From positions 1 through 64,000 of IMG/VR virus record IMGVR_UViG_3300025073_000042: 64,000 nt of DNA. One strand, given 5' to 3'. The notes below the pieces were generated by a model. It was not told the DNA's origin. It ran no database searches and worked only from the letters and a program-made list of their open reading frames with translations. This document shows positions 27,976 through 38,108 of the stretch, in pieces. Every line of letters starts with the position of its first letter. Position 1 is the first letter of the stretch. The DNA comes from a virus. A program made the translations under genes and the position numbers.

Positions 27976-29382
27976 GTGGACGCAGGCCTCTATGATGCAC
28001 TGCTGAACAAGGCGCTGACCAGCGCCTCCGACTCGGGTGGAGCGTGGCAGGACCACATCTTCAACCCGATCTTGACGGACGCGGCCAAGAAGAAGCGGCC
28101 GATCCTGGAGTACCTCAACATCCGCCCGGCGAACGGCAACCCGCACGTCTTCCGGCGGCGCGACTCGATGCCCTACATGCACTGGCAGGGCGCGGCTGGC
28201 ACGCCGGTCGCGACGCAGAGCGGCGTCTCCGGCCCGTCGGTCAACCTGAAGGTCTGCACGGGCAGTGGCGCCGTGGAGAGCTTCCTCATCTCCACCATCG
28301 GTCCCGACAACTTCGACGTGGCTTTGGCCGAGGTCATGGGCTTCATCGAGGGGACCGCGATGCAGGTGTCGGCCTCGGTGCTGTGGGGCGACGCGGGGCT
28401 GAGTGCCACGGGCGTTGAGACCTCCGGCAACGGGAACATCTACATGCCCCCCGGCCTCGATGCGGACACCGGCATCATGCGGATCAACGGGGCCGGGGCG
28501 GCGCTCACGGATGCGCTGTTCCAGAAGCTGCTGGACACGACCAACGTTGCGGGCATGACCGGCAAGCGGTTCGCGATCATGTCCTCGATGATGGCCTCGC
28601 GCCTGGAGGCTGTCACGCAGTCGCTCGGCGCGCGGTACATGGTCGATGAGGAGGGCCTCTACGGCCGCCGGATCAAGAAGTACCGGGACTGCTACATCCT
28701 GGAGAGCGACCAGACCCGCCCGCGGGCGGTCATGGGCGCGATCTCCTGCGCGGGCAGCGACGGAAGCGGCACGCTCTCGAATGGCACGTACTACTACTAC
28801 GTGGCGCCCGTCACCGCCGAGGGCGAGCAGCTTCGCCAGGCCGCTGAGGCGGACGTCACCCTCGCCGCCGGCACGGCGACGCAGAAGGTGACGATCACCA
28901 TCACCGCCTTCCAGTTCTCCGACACCAACGCGTTGTATGCCGATGCCGTGTACTACAAGATCTATCGCGGCACGGGTACTGGCGCGGAGGTGCTCGTCGC
29001 GACGGTTCCGGCGCTGTCCTACAGCTCGGGCACCGTGAGCGGCGCAGACACGACGCTTGTGGATGACGGCACCGCTGACACGCGCGGCGGCGTGACGGGT
29101 TCGCTGCCGGGCGGTGTGTCCTCGGCCGACGACGAGCTGACTGGTACGGTGACGGCGCCCGAGGAGTGCATCTTCCTCGTGAACGCCGATCCGGCCGACG
29201 GCATCGAGATCGCGGCCAGCGCCAACAAGTCGGCGCAGGCCATCGGCGACAACGACCTGTTCGGCCTCGTGCGCCTGGGCAAGTCGGCGCTCAACGAGCC
29301 GTTCGCGGTGGGGTCGTTCGTCGCTCCGGTCATCAAGCGCGGCGCGTGCCACGGTGTCCTGCGGCGCGTGCTCGCGGCGTAG
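27976..29382 (+). CDS. major capsid protein with inserted beta-sandwich domain
   Basis: follows scaffold; KALT...GGA, LWGDA, GLDA and Y.D..I.ESD resemble HK97-fold blocks. Confidence 0.75.
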   Translation: MDAGLYDALLNKALTSASDSGGAWQDHIFNPILTDAAKKKRPILEYLNIRPANGNPHVFRRRDSMPYMHWQGAAGTPVATQSGVSGPSVNLKVCTGSGAVESFLISTIGPDNFDVALAEVMGFIEGTAMQVSASVLWGDAGLSATGVETSGNGNIYMPPGLDADTGIMRINGAGAALTDALFQKLLDTTNVAGMTGKRFAIMSSMMASRLEAVTQSLGARYMVDEEGLYGRRIKKYRDCYILESDQTRPRAVMGAISCAGSDGSGTLSNGTYYYYVAPVTAEGEQLRQAAEADVTLAAGTATQKVTITITAFQFSDTNALYADAVYYKIYRGTGTGAEVLVATVPALSYSSGTVSGADTTLVDDGTADTRGGVTGSLPGGVSSADDELTGTVTAPEECIFLVNADPADGIEIAASANKSAQAIGDNDLFGLVRLGKSALNEPFAVGSFVAPVIKRGACHGVLRRVLAA

Positions 29383-29478
29383 GGTTTCCGGTCCCCCCGA
29401 CCGGCGCCAGCCAGGGCCAGGCCCGGAGCCGAGATGTCGGTCTCGGCTCCGGGCACACATAACAGAGAGGGGCATGAC

Positions 29479-29838
29479 ATGGAACTCGTGTGGCTGCGCA
29501 ACAAGCAAGGCGAGATGAGCGGCACCGTCGCCGTCGGCTTCACCGAAGAGGACCCCATCGGTCAGCCCGGCGGCGGGCTGGCTTATCGGAACTACCAGAT
29601 CAAGTACGACTTCAACGGGACCGACGGAGTAGCGATCATCGGCGTGCCGAAGGAGGCCGTTCCGATGGTCCTCATGATCGGCCCGACCTCGGTTGACATG
29701 AAAGCGCGGTCGCTGCGCACGGCGGGCCGCGCCCCTGACTGCGGGAGCATCTGGGCGGTGTGCGAGAACCAGGCCCCGCCGGCAGCGGTACGCAAGCGCA
29801 GCTTCGTGGAGATCGACGGCGTGAGGCAGACGCTCTGA
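29479..29838 (+). CDS. hypothetical protein
   Basis: ATG after GAGAGGGG. Confidence 0.6.
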   Translation: MELVWLRNKQGEMSGTVAVGFTEEDPIGQPGGGLAYRNYQIKYDFNGTDGVAIIGVPKEAVPMVLMIGPTSVDMKARSLRTAGRAPDCGSIWAVCENQAPPAAVRKRSFVEIDGVRQTL

Positions 29839-30530
29839 TGGGCAACCTCTGCTCTGAGGCCGACGTGAGGCAGCGTGTCCAACGGTGGGTCCTCGCCGCC
29901 TTCCTGGCGACAGACCTGCAGGACAATGCCGCCTACCTCGTCGGCGCGGGGGGAAGCACGGGACTCGGCCTCATCGTGCGCTGGTCGGCGCAATTCGAGT
30001 TCGATTGTGGGCGCACCATAGACGACGCCAGCGAGACGATCACGCTAGACGGCACGGGGACCAACGAGATCATCCTGCCGAAGAAGTACACGCCCATCAT
30101 CTCCATCTCGGGGATCGTGTACTCCGGAATCGGGACGGCGGTCACGAACTACGGCTACGACGCGGCATCGGGGCGCATCTGGCTGAAGGAGGACATCTTC
30201 ACCCAGTTGACCGACGCCACGCAGTTCGGCGTGCTGCGTCCGGACTTGCCGCGCTGGCCGGCGGGCCGTAGTAACATCACGATCACGCTCAGCTACGGGC
30301 ACGCCTCTATCCCGGTCGTCGTGCGGGGAGCCGTGGCGGATCGTGTCGCGGCGGACGTCCTGATCGAGGATCGGGCTCGCCGCGACCGTGGCTTGACGAG
30401 CAAGGCCCTTGGGGACCGCTCCGAGTCCTACGGGAAGGGCCGCTGGAACGACGAGGTGGACAAGCTGGTGCGGAACTACGAGCAGGCCGTGCGCGGTTAC
30501 ATGAGTCTCGTAACGGCGGGGGTGGCCTAA
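29838..30530 (+). CDS. head-tail adaptor
   Basis: CSEADV, FEFDCGRT, LDGTG...L...PI.SI, NITITLSYGH..IP, LGD.SESY. Confidence 0.7.
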   Translation: MGNLCSEADVRQRVQRWVLAAFLATDLQDNAAYLVGAGGSTGLGLIVRWSAQFEFDCGRTIDDASETITLDGTGTNEIILPKKYTPIISISGIVYSGIGTAVTNYGYDAASGRIWLKEDIFTQLTDATQFGVLRPDLPRWPAGRSNITITLSYGHASIPVVVRGAVADRVAADVLIEDRARRDRGLTSKALGDRSESYGKGRWNDEVDKLVRNYEQAVRGYMSLVTAGVA

Positions 30531-30531
30531 C

Positions 30532-30927
30532 GTGGCGACTGACTGGAGCGGCTACTCGGGCGACTGGCAGTTCGCCGACTGGGAGAACGAGGTCTTGGCG
30601 GTCAGCGCCCGGCCAGCGACGGGCCACACGCTCACGTCGCTGGCGACGGGCGTCGCCGCGAAGGCGGACGGAGAGAAGCAGGGCCTGGGGCTCAGCGGGG
30701 CGGGGACGGCGTTCGGGGCCTATGAGCGGAAGTTCTTCTTCGCGGCGGCGTACCGCAACGCGGCGGGATCGACGCTCAACCCGCGCAGCGATTCGGGAAA
30801 CGACCTGCTGGCGCTGGGCAACGTCCTCACCGACGCGGACGGGCGCGAGTGGGGGATCACGTCGGTCGTCGATCCGGGCGGGGCGGCGGAGCACTACGAA
30901 GTCACGGCCACGAGGCGCATGAGCTGA
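30532..30927 (+). CDS. putative head closure protein
   Basis: position; G.VLTD.DG.EW.I.SV beta-barrel pattern. Confidence 0.55.
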   Translation: MATDWSGYSGDWQFADWENEVLAVSARPATGHTLTSLATGVAAKADGEKQGLGLSGAGTAFGAYERKFFFAAAYRNAAGSTLNPRSDSGNDLLALGNVLTDADGREWGITSVVDPGGAAEHYEVTATRRMS

Positions 30928-31508
30928 TGCCCTACACGCCGACGCGACAACTGTTGAGCGGGGGAAGCGGGCTGGCGGGGAGCCGTTGGGGCTACCTCGC
31001 GCGGCGCGGCTTCGAGCTGCGGGTGGCGAGTAACCTGCGCAGCATCGAAAGCAAGCAGCGCGTCGTGAGTAAGGTCGCCGCCGACCTGCCGAAGGACGTG
31101 CTCAACGAGGTCGCCGACTGGGAACTGCAGCGCGCGATTCAGTATAGCAGCGGCGGACGGACCTACGCCGAACTGCGCCAGTACCGCCCGGGGCTTTACT
31201 CGGTGCGGCGGCCGGCGCGGCGGGATGACCACATTATCAACACCCACACGGGCACGTTCCGCGCGGGATGGCGCAAGCGCCCGGTGCGACGAACCGGGGA
31301 CACCTTCACGATCAGCCTGTTCAATGTCGGCATGAAGGTCGCGGCGTGGCTCTTGCTGGGGACGCGCAAGATGCGCGAGCGGCCGTTGCTGCGCAAGGTC
31401 GCCGACGAGGCGCGGCCTCAGATCAACAAGGCGATGACCCGCGCGCGGATGCGCCTGCTGCGCGCGGCGCGCAGGTCGGGCTTCGGCTACATGGAGCGGT
31501 TCAACTGA
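30927..31508 (+). CDS. putative tail completion (HK97 gp10-like) protein
   Basis: basic; TGTFRAGW, LLLGTRKM.ERP. Confidence 0.6.
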   Translation: MPYTPTRQLLSGGSGLAGSRWGYLARRGFELRVASNLRSIESKQRVVSKVAADLPKDVLNEVADWELQRAIQYSSGGRTYAELRQYRPGLYSVRRPARRDDHIINTHTGTFRAGWRKRPVRRTGDTFTISLFNVGMKVAAWLLLGTRKMRERPLLRKVADEARPQINKAMTRARMRLLRAARRSGFGYMERFN

Positions 31509-31972
31509 TGGCACGTCGCTGGGCGCCGGTCCCCATCGGGACGTATCTGGAGAACCTGCAGTCGATCCTGCAGGCTCAGATGCCGGGGCGGCTGGTGACG
31601 GCGGGACTACCGGCGGTCGTGACCTGGACGTACCAGGACGTGATGTTCGATTCGGACGACAAGCTGCCCCAGGTCTGCGTAGGCGCGAAGTGGGTGCATC
31701 GCCCGAAGGGCGGCGGGGGCAGCTTCGAGCCCATCTACTCGACGGAGATCATCTGCGCGTTCCCTTGGCTGGGGACGGGCGACGGCTACAAGGACGGGGC
31801 GGCGATGGCGTCGATTGCCGAGGCGCTCGTATACTACAACATCGGCAACGGCTACGAGGACGTGGTGGAGCGCACGGGGGTCGGCATGGCGGCGGGCTGG
31901 CGCGAGAGTCCTCCGCTGTGGCAGGGCGGGGTGTGGCGCGGCGAAGTGGTCGGCAGCCTGCTGTACTTCTGA
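31508..31972 (+). CDS. putative tail terminator
   Basis: position before tail tube; LPQVCV motif. Confidence 0.5.
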   Translation: MARRWAPVPIGTYLENLQSILQAQMPGRLVTAGLPAVVTWTYQDVMFDSDDKLPQVCVGAKWVHRPKGGGGSFEPIYSTEIICAFPWLGTGDGYKDGAAMASIAEALVYYNIGNGYEDVVERTGVGMAAGWRESPPLWQGGVWRGEVVGSLLYF

Positions 31973-31981
31973 GAGGGCATC

Positions 31982-32434
31982 ATGCGGAAGTACAAGACGG
32001 TCGAGGAACCGGAAACGCTGATGGCCGATGAGGACGCGCTCGCCGAAGAGCCCGTCTCCGAAGCGCCGTCGTCCGTCGCGTCTGAAGCGCCGGTCGAGGT
32101 TGTCCCGGATCTCCCGCAGCCCGACCTGCGCCCGAAGCCGCGACTCGACTTGGCCTTCGTGGCGGCCGAGATCGCGGCGGGTCGCACGCCGTACTGCCCC
32201 CAGTGCGGCGAGGCGCTCACGACGGTTCCGATCCCCGGGGCGCTGTTGGCGCGCGGCTTCGAGCGGCCTGACCCGGAGGACCATCGCTGCGACCCGGCGC
32301 GTCTCGCGCGGTTGACGCGGGCGAGGTCATTCCAGACGCGGCCCGGCGAGACGTCGCTGGAAGCTCGTCGGCGGAAAGCGGCGGCTACAGAGACCTACAC
32401 CCGGCCGGCCCCTGAAGAGGCCGAGCTGTTCTAA
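31982..32434 (+). CDS. hypothetical protein with zinc ribbon
   Basis: YCPQCG. Confidence 0.55.
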   Translation: MRKYKTVEEPETLMADEDALAEEPVSEAPSSVASEAPVEVVPDLPQPDLRPKPRLDLAFVAAEIAAGRTPYCPQCGEALTTVPIPGALLARGFERPDPEDHRCDPARLARLTRARSFQTRPGETSLEARRRKAAATETYTRPAPEEAELF

Positions 32435-32450
32435 ACCGGAGGCCTGAGAC

Positions 32451-33323
32451 ATGGCACACGAACGCGGGCACAAGGGGCTGCTGTACTACGCGACGCAGAG
32501 CGGGAAGGGCACTCCGACCGCTCCGACGCTGCCCGTCGGGGTGTGGGAGAACCTCCGCGCCCGAACCATCGGCGGGCTGCGGGCGGTGCGCAGCGCCGGC
32601 GCGCGCCGGATCGTGGACTTGGTGGAGGACATGACGGGCGTCGAACTGTCCTTCGACATTCCGAACGTCCAGGCGTCCACCGAGCAGGCGGCGCTGCTCA
32701 ACCTTGGGATCGCGCTGGGCAGCGGCGGGACCACGGCGCTGACCTACCTGACCGTGGGCTTCGGAACGGCGACCGCCGACAAGCATGTCGAGGACACGAA
32801 GATCGACTCCATCAGCCTGTCCGGCGACAACGAGGGCGCGTTCAGCGCCTCGGTTACGGCGATGGGCGGAAAGGTCGGGGAGCCGACGTTGACCTCGCCG
32901 CAGACGTACCTGAGCGACGCCTTCCTACAGATGCACGAGGCGGTCTACTCACGCTTCGAGCTGGCGTCGTTCCGCTGTGAGCTGCGCAACAACCTCGTGA
33001 TGAAGCCGGTCATCGCCGGACCGGCCACGACCCGCGACCCGGGGAGAGTCTGGGACTACCTCACCGAGGGGCCCGAGGACATCAGCGGCAGCTACGGCGT
33101 CTACAACACCTCGGGCGAGGATCTGCAGGCGAACGAGATTACGGCGGTCTCGCCGACGCTGCGCTTTGTGGACAAGGGCGCGGCGGTCGATGAGCTGCTC
33201 ATCACGATCACCACGCAGAAGTCGGGCGACGAGACGGAGACCATCCCCGGCGCCGACGGCGACGTGGAGCGCGAGGTGACGTGGATCGGGACGAGCCTGG
33301 CAATCGCGGCGACCGAGTATTGA
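32451..33323 (+). CDS. major tail (tube) protein
   Basis: 290 aa, beta-rich; KIDSISLS, F.CELRNNL and ISGS blocks; position. Confidence 0.7.
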   Translation: MAHERGHKGLLYYATQSGKGTPTAPTLPVGVWENLRARTIGGLRAVRSAGARRIVDLVEDMTGVELSFDIPNVQASTEQAALLNLGIALGSGGTTALTYLTVGFGTATADKHVEDTKIDSISLSGDNEGAFSASVTAMGGKVGEPTLTSPQTYLSDAFLQMHEAVYSRFELASFRCELRNNLVMKPVIAGPATTRDPGRVWDYLTEGPEDISGSYGVYNTSGEDLQANEITAVSPTLRFVDKGAAVDELLITITTQKSGDETETIPGADGDVEREVTWIGTSLAIAATEY

Positions 33324-33388
33324 GTCTCCTGACGACCTGCCTGCCGGCAGGCAGGCGGGCGGCGCACACAGAGAGGAGCATCGACATC

Positions 33389-33688
33389 ATGGCTGAGAAC
33401 AACGGACGCGGCAAGCGTTGGAGCACGAACGACGCAGGCCGCGTCGTCTTTCTTCTGGACGAGGGCTTTCTGCCCCTCGAATGGGAGATCACGGGGAAGG
33501 GGCGGGGGCTGCGGGCGACGGCGGTTTACGAGAACACGTCGGAGCTGCAGGCGGCGCTCGACCGCTACTTCGACACCGACAACTGCTGCCGAGTGTTCGT
33601 GGAACGCTATCGCAAGACGCTGTACCAGATGCAGAATGCGGCCGACACGGGCGACGCGCGCTGCATCGACCTTCAGCCGACGCGCTGA
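33389..33688 (+). CDS. hypothetical protein
   Basis: ATG after GAGAGGAG. Confidence 0.55.
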   Translation: MAENNGRGKRWSTNDAGRVVFLLDEGFLPLEWEITGKGRGLRATAVYENTSELQAALDRYFDTDNCCRVFVERYRKTLYQMQNAADTGDARCIDLQPTR

Positions 33689-33716
33689 GGCGCGAAACAG
33701 AAAGAGAGGTCCTACT

Positions 33717-34325
33717 GTGGGAGACCCCGAGACCGTAGATGAGGTTCGCGACGACCGAGACCCGCAGCCGACGCCGTATGCCTTCATCGCCGGGCTGTCG
33801 GAGCGCGAGGCTGAGAAGCTGGCGGAGTTGGAGCAGGCGGCGGCCCTGGAGCCGCTGTTCGCAGCGGAGGTCGAGAAGCCGCGGGTCGCATTCCCCGGGC
33901 ACCCGGATGAGTACGTGATCCTGCGGAGGCTGGACGCCTTCCAGGCTCGCAAGTGGCGGAACATTTCCTCGAGGATGAGCGCGGAGTTCCCCGACGAGGA
34001 GAGCGGCAAGCCGGCCGAGGGTCACATGCGAGCGGACCTGGGCGAGGCGTACCTGTACCTGTGCATGGTCGGGATCGAGGAGTACAAGCTAACCCGGCCC
34101 GGCGAGGCGCAGGCGTCGCGCGGCGGGTGGAGCCGGAAGTTCGAGGGGCAGGCGGAGCGCGGGGAGATCGCCAAGGAGACGCGGGCGACGTTCGGCGCGC
34201 TGAGCCCGAAGGCCTCCGATTGGCTGGAGCGGGTGCTGATGGGCTTCAACGGCCTGACGCCGGAGCAGCGCCGCGCAAAAGCGCCTGCGTCCGACTTCTC
34301 GGCGAGTGGGGAGCCGGACGCCTGA
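33717..34325 (+). CDS. tail assembly chaperone (G)
   Basis: between tail tube and tape measure; overlapping -1 frame extends to 34642. Confidence 0.65.
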   Translation: MGDPETVDEVRDDRDPQPTPYAFIAGLSEREAEKLAELEQAAALEPLFAAEVEKPRVAFPGHPDEYVILRRLDAFQARKWRNISSRMSAEFPDEESGKPAEGHMRADLGEAYLYLCMVGIEEYKLTRPGEAQASRGGWSRKFEGQAERGEIAKETRATFGALSPKASDWLERVLMGFNGLTPEQRRAKAPASDFSASGEPDA

Positions 34326-34642
34326 AGGACGTTCCGGCGCGTCGGCTGCCGGGCTGGTGGGAGGACGTGGCGTTGGCGGGGGCGGCGTGGGAGCAGGGGG
34401 TGCCGCCGGTCGGCACGAGCGTCGCCGACCAGAACCCGGACTTCCTGGAGGCGTTGTTCGCCTATCGGCGCGGGGTGAACGAGCGGTCGCTGCCGAAGGA
34501 CCCGGACGGTAAGGCGATGCCGGAGCCTCCGCGAGACGCTGACCCGCTGGCGCAGCTCGACGAGATACAGAGAGCGCAGGAAGCCCAGGCCGCGCCCGTG
34601 AAGATCGCTCGGGCGACGGGCCGCAGGCGGAAGCCGAAGTGA
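34275..34642 (+). CDS. frameshift extension of tail assembly chaperone (GT)
   Basis: -1 frame open from GCA-AAA-G at 34275 with no clear independent start; GVPPVG..VADQNPDFLEA. Confidence 0.55.
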
Positions 34643-37600
34643 ACCCCGAAGAGTCCATGCAGATCATGTTGGAGGCCGTCGATCGCTTTGGGCCGACCTT
34701 CAACGAGTTCCAGCGCGGGATGCGACAGTTGCAGACCGGGATGCGGGCCATGAGCGGCGGCGCCCAGCAGTCGGGTGCCGCCGTCTCGTCGTCGATGGCG
34801 CGGAGCGCGGCGGCAACGGACCGGGCGCGGGATGCGCTGGGGAAGTTCGTCTCAGGTGGGGCCAAGGCGCAGTCTACGTGGACGGCCTTTGCGGCGGGAG
34901 CCAAGAAGGGAGAACAGGCCGCCGACGCCTTTCGCGCTAAGATGTCGGGGGTACAGGAACTGGCGACCGGGCTTGATCAAGTCGCCAACAAGATGCTGAT
35001 GGTCGGCGCGGCGGGCGTTGCGGGCGCGGGGCTGGCGGTAAAGTCGTTTCAGTCGTTCGACACCCCCATGCGCAACGTGAACTCCCTCGCGCAGTTGAGC
35101 GAGTCGGCGTTCGCTGACCTGGAGGAGCAGGTCCTCAAGATCGCCCAGGACCCCCGGATCAAGGATGGGCCAGCGAGTCTAGCCGAGGGCCTGTACCAGA
35201 TTCAGTCCTCAGGGTTGTCGGGGCAGGTCGCGCTGGACACGTTGCGGATTTCGTCGATGGGCGCTTCGGCAGGGCTGAGTGATACGTTCACCTCTGCCTC
35301 AGCCCTCGTCGGAATCATGAACGCCTACAACACGAAGACCGGCCCCGACGCGCAGCACATCATGGACGTGCTGTTCAAGACGGTCGATCAGGGTGTCATC
35401 ACCTTCGAGCAGTTGGCCTCCTCCATCGGGCCCCTCACGTCGATGTCGGCGCAGTTGGAGATGCCGTTGGAACAGGTCGCCGCGGCCATCGTGACGTTGA
35501 CGAGGGTCGGCATTCCGGTCGAGCAGGTGATGATCTCGCTGCAGGCGCTGCTCCGCGCGTTCATGTCGGCGACGCCCGACTCGGGACTCGGCAAGGCGAT
35601 TGAGAACCTCACCGGGCAATCCGCCTCGGCGCTCATCAAGACGCAGGGGCTGGCCGGGGCAATCAAGGCGCTGGCGACCATCGCGGATCAACAGGGCGAG
35701 GAAGCCCTGGCGCAGATGGGTCTCGACGTGCGGACGCTGCGCGCGGTGTTCCCGCTGGCGGGGAAGTCGCTCGCCGACTTCAACGCGCAGTTGGAGGGCA
35801 TGGGCGTCACGGCCGGCTGGACGGAGCGCGCCCTGTCGCAGCAGATGCAGGCTTCGTCCTGGCAGACGGCGCAGTTCAAGAAGCAGATGGAGATTCTCGG
35901 GGTGCAGTTTGGGAAGTTCATCGACGAGGGGCTCATGCCCCTCATCAAGGGCGTCAACAACCTGTTGGCTGTCTTCATCGGTTTGCCGGATTGGGCGAAG
36001 AAGCTCATCGCCCGGCTCGCGGGGACCGGCGGGTTGATCTTCCTGTTCGCCGCGTTGGCCGTGAAGCTCGTCGCAACCGCGATCAACACCGGGCTTGCCA
36101 TCGTTGCCGGCTGGAAGTACATCGCAACCCTGAAGACCGAGGCAATGGCGGCGCTCAAGACGGCGGCGGCCAACAAGGCCCTCGCAGCGGCCCGTGCTCA
36201 GGCAGCTCAGGCCGCTGCAGCGCACGCGGGATCATCGGCAGCGGCGACAACCTCCAAAACCGGGGGCGCCGGGCTGGGAGCCGGCATGGGCTTTGGGGGA
36301 GTAGCGACCATCGGCTTGACAGCCTTCGCGGTGAGCATGGCAGGGATGTGGGAGGCGACGGTTGGGAAGGACATCGAGCAGCTCGACAAGTCGATCCAGA
36401 ATCTCGATAGTGCTATCAGTGAGGCCTCCGCTCGCGGGTTGCAGACAAGTGGAATTGAGGCTGGGGAAAACGCCTCGCCCAACTTCTGGAATACGCTGTT
36501 CGGTCCCTGGACAGATGTCTGGCGGCGCGGCCCGTTCCGAGAAAGTGAGACTTCGAGCACCGGCCCCATCACGCGGGGCGCTGCTCCGGAAACTGCGAAG
36601 GACATGCGCGAACGGGTGAAGGCCGCCTCGGAGAAGGCGACCCAGCAGGAGATGGCGCTCCTGCAAGCACAGGTGCGAGCGGGCGCCGTAGACGCGCTGA
36701 AGATCGACGAGAAGCGCGCGCAGATGCTCGAATCCATGCGCACACAGTGGGTGGCGATGACCGACGAGCAGCGCAAGTCGGAAGATGGCATGAAGCTCCA
36801 GATCGACGCCTGGGGGTTGTACGGCGACAACCTCGAGGCGACGAAGAAGCGGACGGAGGCGCTCGCCGCGGCAGAGCAAAAGCGCCACGAAGAGGCCGTC
36901 AAGGCCCTGAACGACGAACTCGCCCTGATGTCCGGGCGGATCAACGTCATGTCGGCATACACGGATATGCTGGAGGCCGCCGGGGCCTCGAAGACGACCA
37001 TTGGCCAGGCGAAGGCCGGGATCGAGCGCGGTTACTGGCAGCAGGCCCAGCAGTTGCAGGCCGCCGCGCGTTCGCCGTTGCTGAGCCCCGTCGAGCGGCT
37101 CGAAAAGCAGTCTGGCGCGTGGCAGGCCGTGACGAACGCGATCAACGTCTTCAAGCAGGAGCGCGAGGCCCTGCAAGACGCCGAAGAGAAGCTGATGGAG
37201 CAGGTCTCCGACCCGACCTTCTATCTGGGGGAGCAACTCGAAGCCTCCCGCCGGTCGATCGACGCGCTGACGCAAGCAGACCAAGATCAGACGGCGGCGA
37301 TGAACGAGAGCATCGACGCCTACCAGCAGGCGATGGATGTCTGGTTCGGCAAGCAACCCATCATGGGCAACGTCATGCAGATGGCGCAGGCGCAGCAGGC
37401 GCGGAACATCGCTGGCGGGATGGACGTGTCGCAGCTTCGAGCCTACGGAGCCAATCCACAGATGCAGTCCACCGAGCAGATGATCCAGACCGCCTCGGAG
37501 CATCCTGGTATTCGGGCACGAGCGCAGGGCAGCATGTACGGGATGTCGGTTACTGACATCGACCGTCTCGCGCGTCAGCGGATGCAAGAGGGAATCGTCG

Positions 37601-37962
37601 CCCCCAACGTGCAGGCCGCCCAGGAGCGCCAGAAGACCTTCGAGTCCTGGGCGCAGGCCCGCGAGGCGGAGGCGGCGCAAAGCGCCAACCTCATCCAGGC
37701 CAAGATCGATGAGGCGAACGCAAGCAAGGCCCTGGCTGCGTACCTGATGCAGCTTCAGGACTACATGACTGCTCGCACCGGGCTCGCCGCCGCGGGCAAG
37801 CCTGCCGGGCCTCAGCCGCCGGGCATGACCGAGGGGGCGCAGGCGATGGCGTGGGCGCTGATGCAGGGCGTCTACGCAGCGCAGCAGGCGCGTGCTTACG
37901 AGGAGTCCCGCACCGGCGCCCTGGCCGGCGTCGGCCAGCCGTCGAGCATGGGGCGGCAGTGA
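34639..37962 (+). CDS. tape measure protein (TP901-type core)
   Basis: 1107 aa helical; FDTPMRNV.SL, LAEGLYQIQSSG, DVLFKTVDQGVITFEQLASSIG. Confidence 0.92.
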   Translation: MNPEESMQIMLEAVDRFGPTFNEFQRGMRQLQTGMRAMSGGAQQSGAAVSSSMARSAAATDRARDALGKFVSGGAKAQSTWTAFAAGAKKGEQAADAFRAKMSGVQELATGLDQVANKMLMVGAAGVAGAGLAVKSFQSFDTPMRNVNSLAQLSESAFADLEEQVLKIAQDPRIKDGPASLAEGLYQIQSSGLSGQVALDTLRISSMGASAGLSDTFTSASALVGIMNAYNTKTGPDAQHIMDVLFKTVDQGVITFEQLASSIGPLTSMSAQLEMPLEQVAAAIVTLTRVGIPVEQVMISLQALLRAFMSATPDSGLGKAIENLTGQSASALIKTQGLAGAIKALATIADQQGEEALAQMGLDVRTLRAVFPLAGKSLADFNAQLEGMGVTAGWTERALSQQMQASSWQTAQFKKQMEILGVQFGKFIDEGLMPLIKGVNNLLAVFIGLPDWAKKLIARLAGTGGLIFLFAALAVKLVATAINTGLAIVAGWKYIATLKTEAMAALKTAAANKALAAARAQAAQAAAAHAGSSAAATTSKTGGAGLGAGMGFGGVATIGLTAFAVSMAGMWEATVGKDIEQLDKSIQNLDSAISEASARGLQTSGIEAGENASPNFWNTLFGPWTDVWRRGPFRESETSSTGPITRGAAPETAKDMRERVKAASEKATQQEMALLQAQVRAGAVDALKIDEKRAQMLESMRTQWVAMTDEQRKSEDGMKLQIDAWGLYGDNLEATKKRTEALAAAEQKRHEEAVKALNDELALMSGRINVMSAYTDMLEAAGASKTTIGQAKAGIERGYWQQAQQLQAAARSPLLSPVERLEKQSGAWQAVTNAINVFKQEREALQDAEEKLMEQVSDPTFYLGEQLEASRRSIDALTQADQDQTAAMNESIDAYQQAMDVWFGKQPIMGNVMQMAQAQQARNIAGGMDVSQLRAYGANPQMQSTEQMIQTASEHPGIRARAQGSMYGMSVTDIDRLARQRMQEGIVAPNVQAAQERQKTFESWAQAREAEAAQSANLIQAKIDEANASKALAAYLMQLQDYMTARTGLAAAGKPAGPQPPGMTEGAQAMAWALMQGVYAAQQARAYEESRTGALAGVGQPSSMGRQ

Positions 37963-38108
37963 GCGGGGCAGGTCCTCGGGACCTTCATAACCGCCTCGGG
38001 CCTGTGGGCGCTGCTGATCCACAAGAGTACGTCGGCGGCGAACGAGGCTGCGAAGCCGCAACCGGAGTAGCCGCCCGGCTGCACGGGCGGGATGGAGGAG
38101 GGAGTAGT

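Noticed and set aside
21262-33388. Recurring ACAGAGAGGAG motif as a novel repeat
   Set aside because: Always sits just before start codons; explained as an extended Shine-Dalgarno
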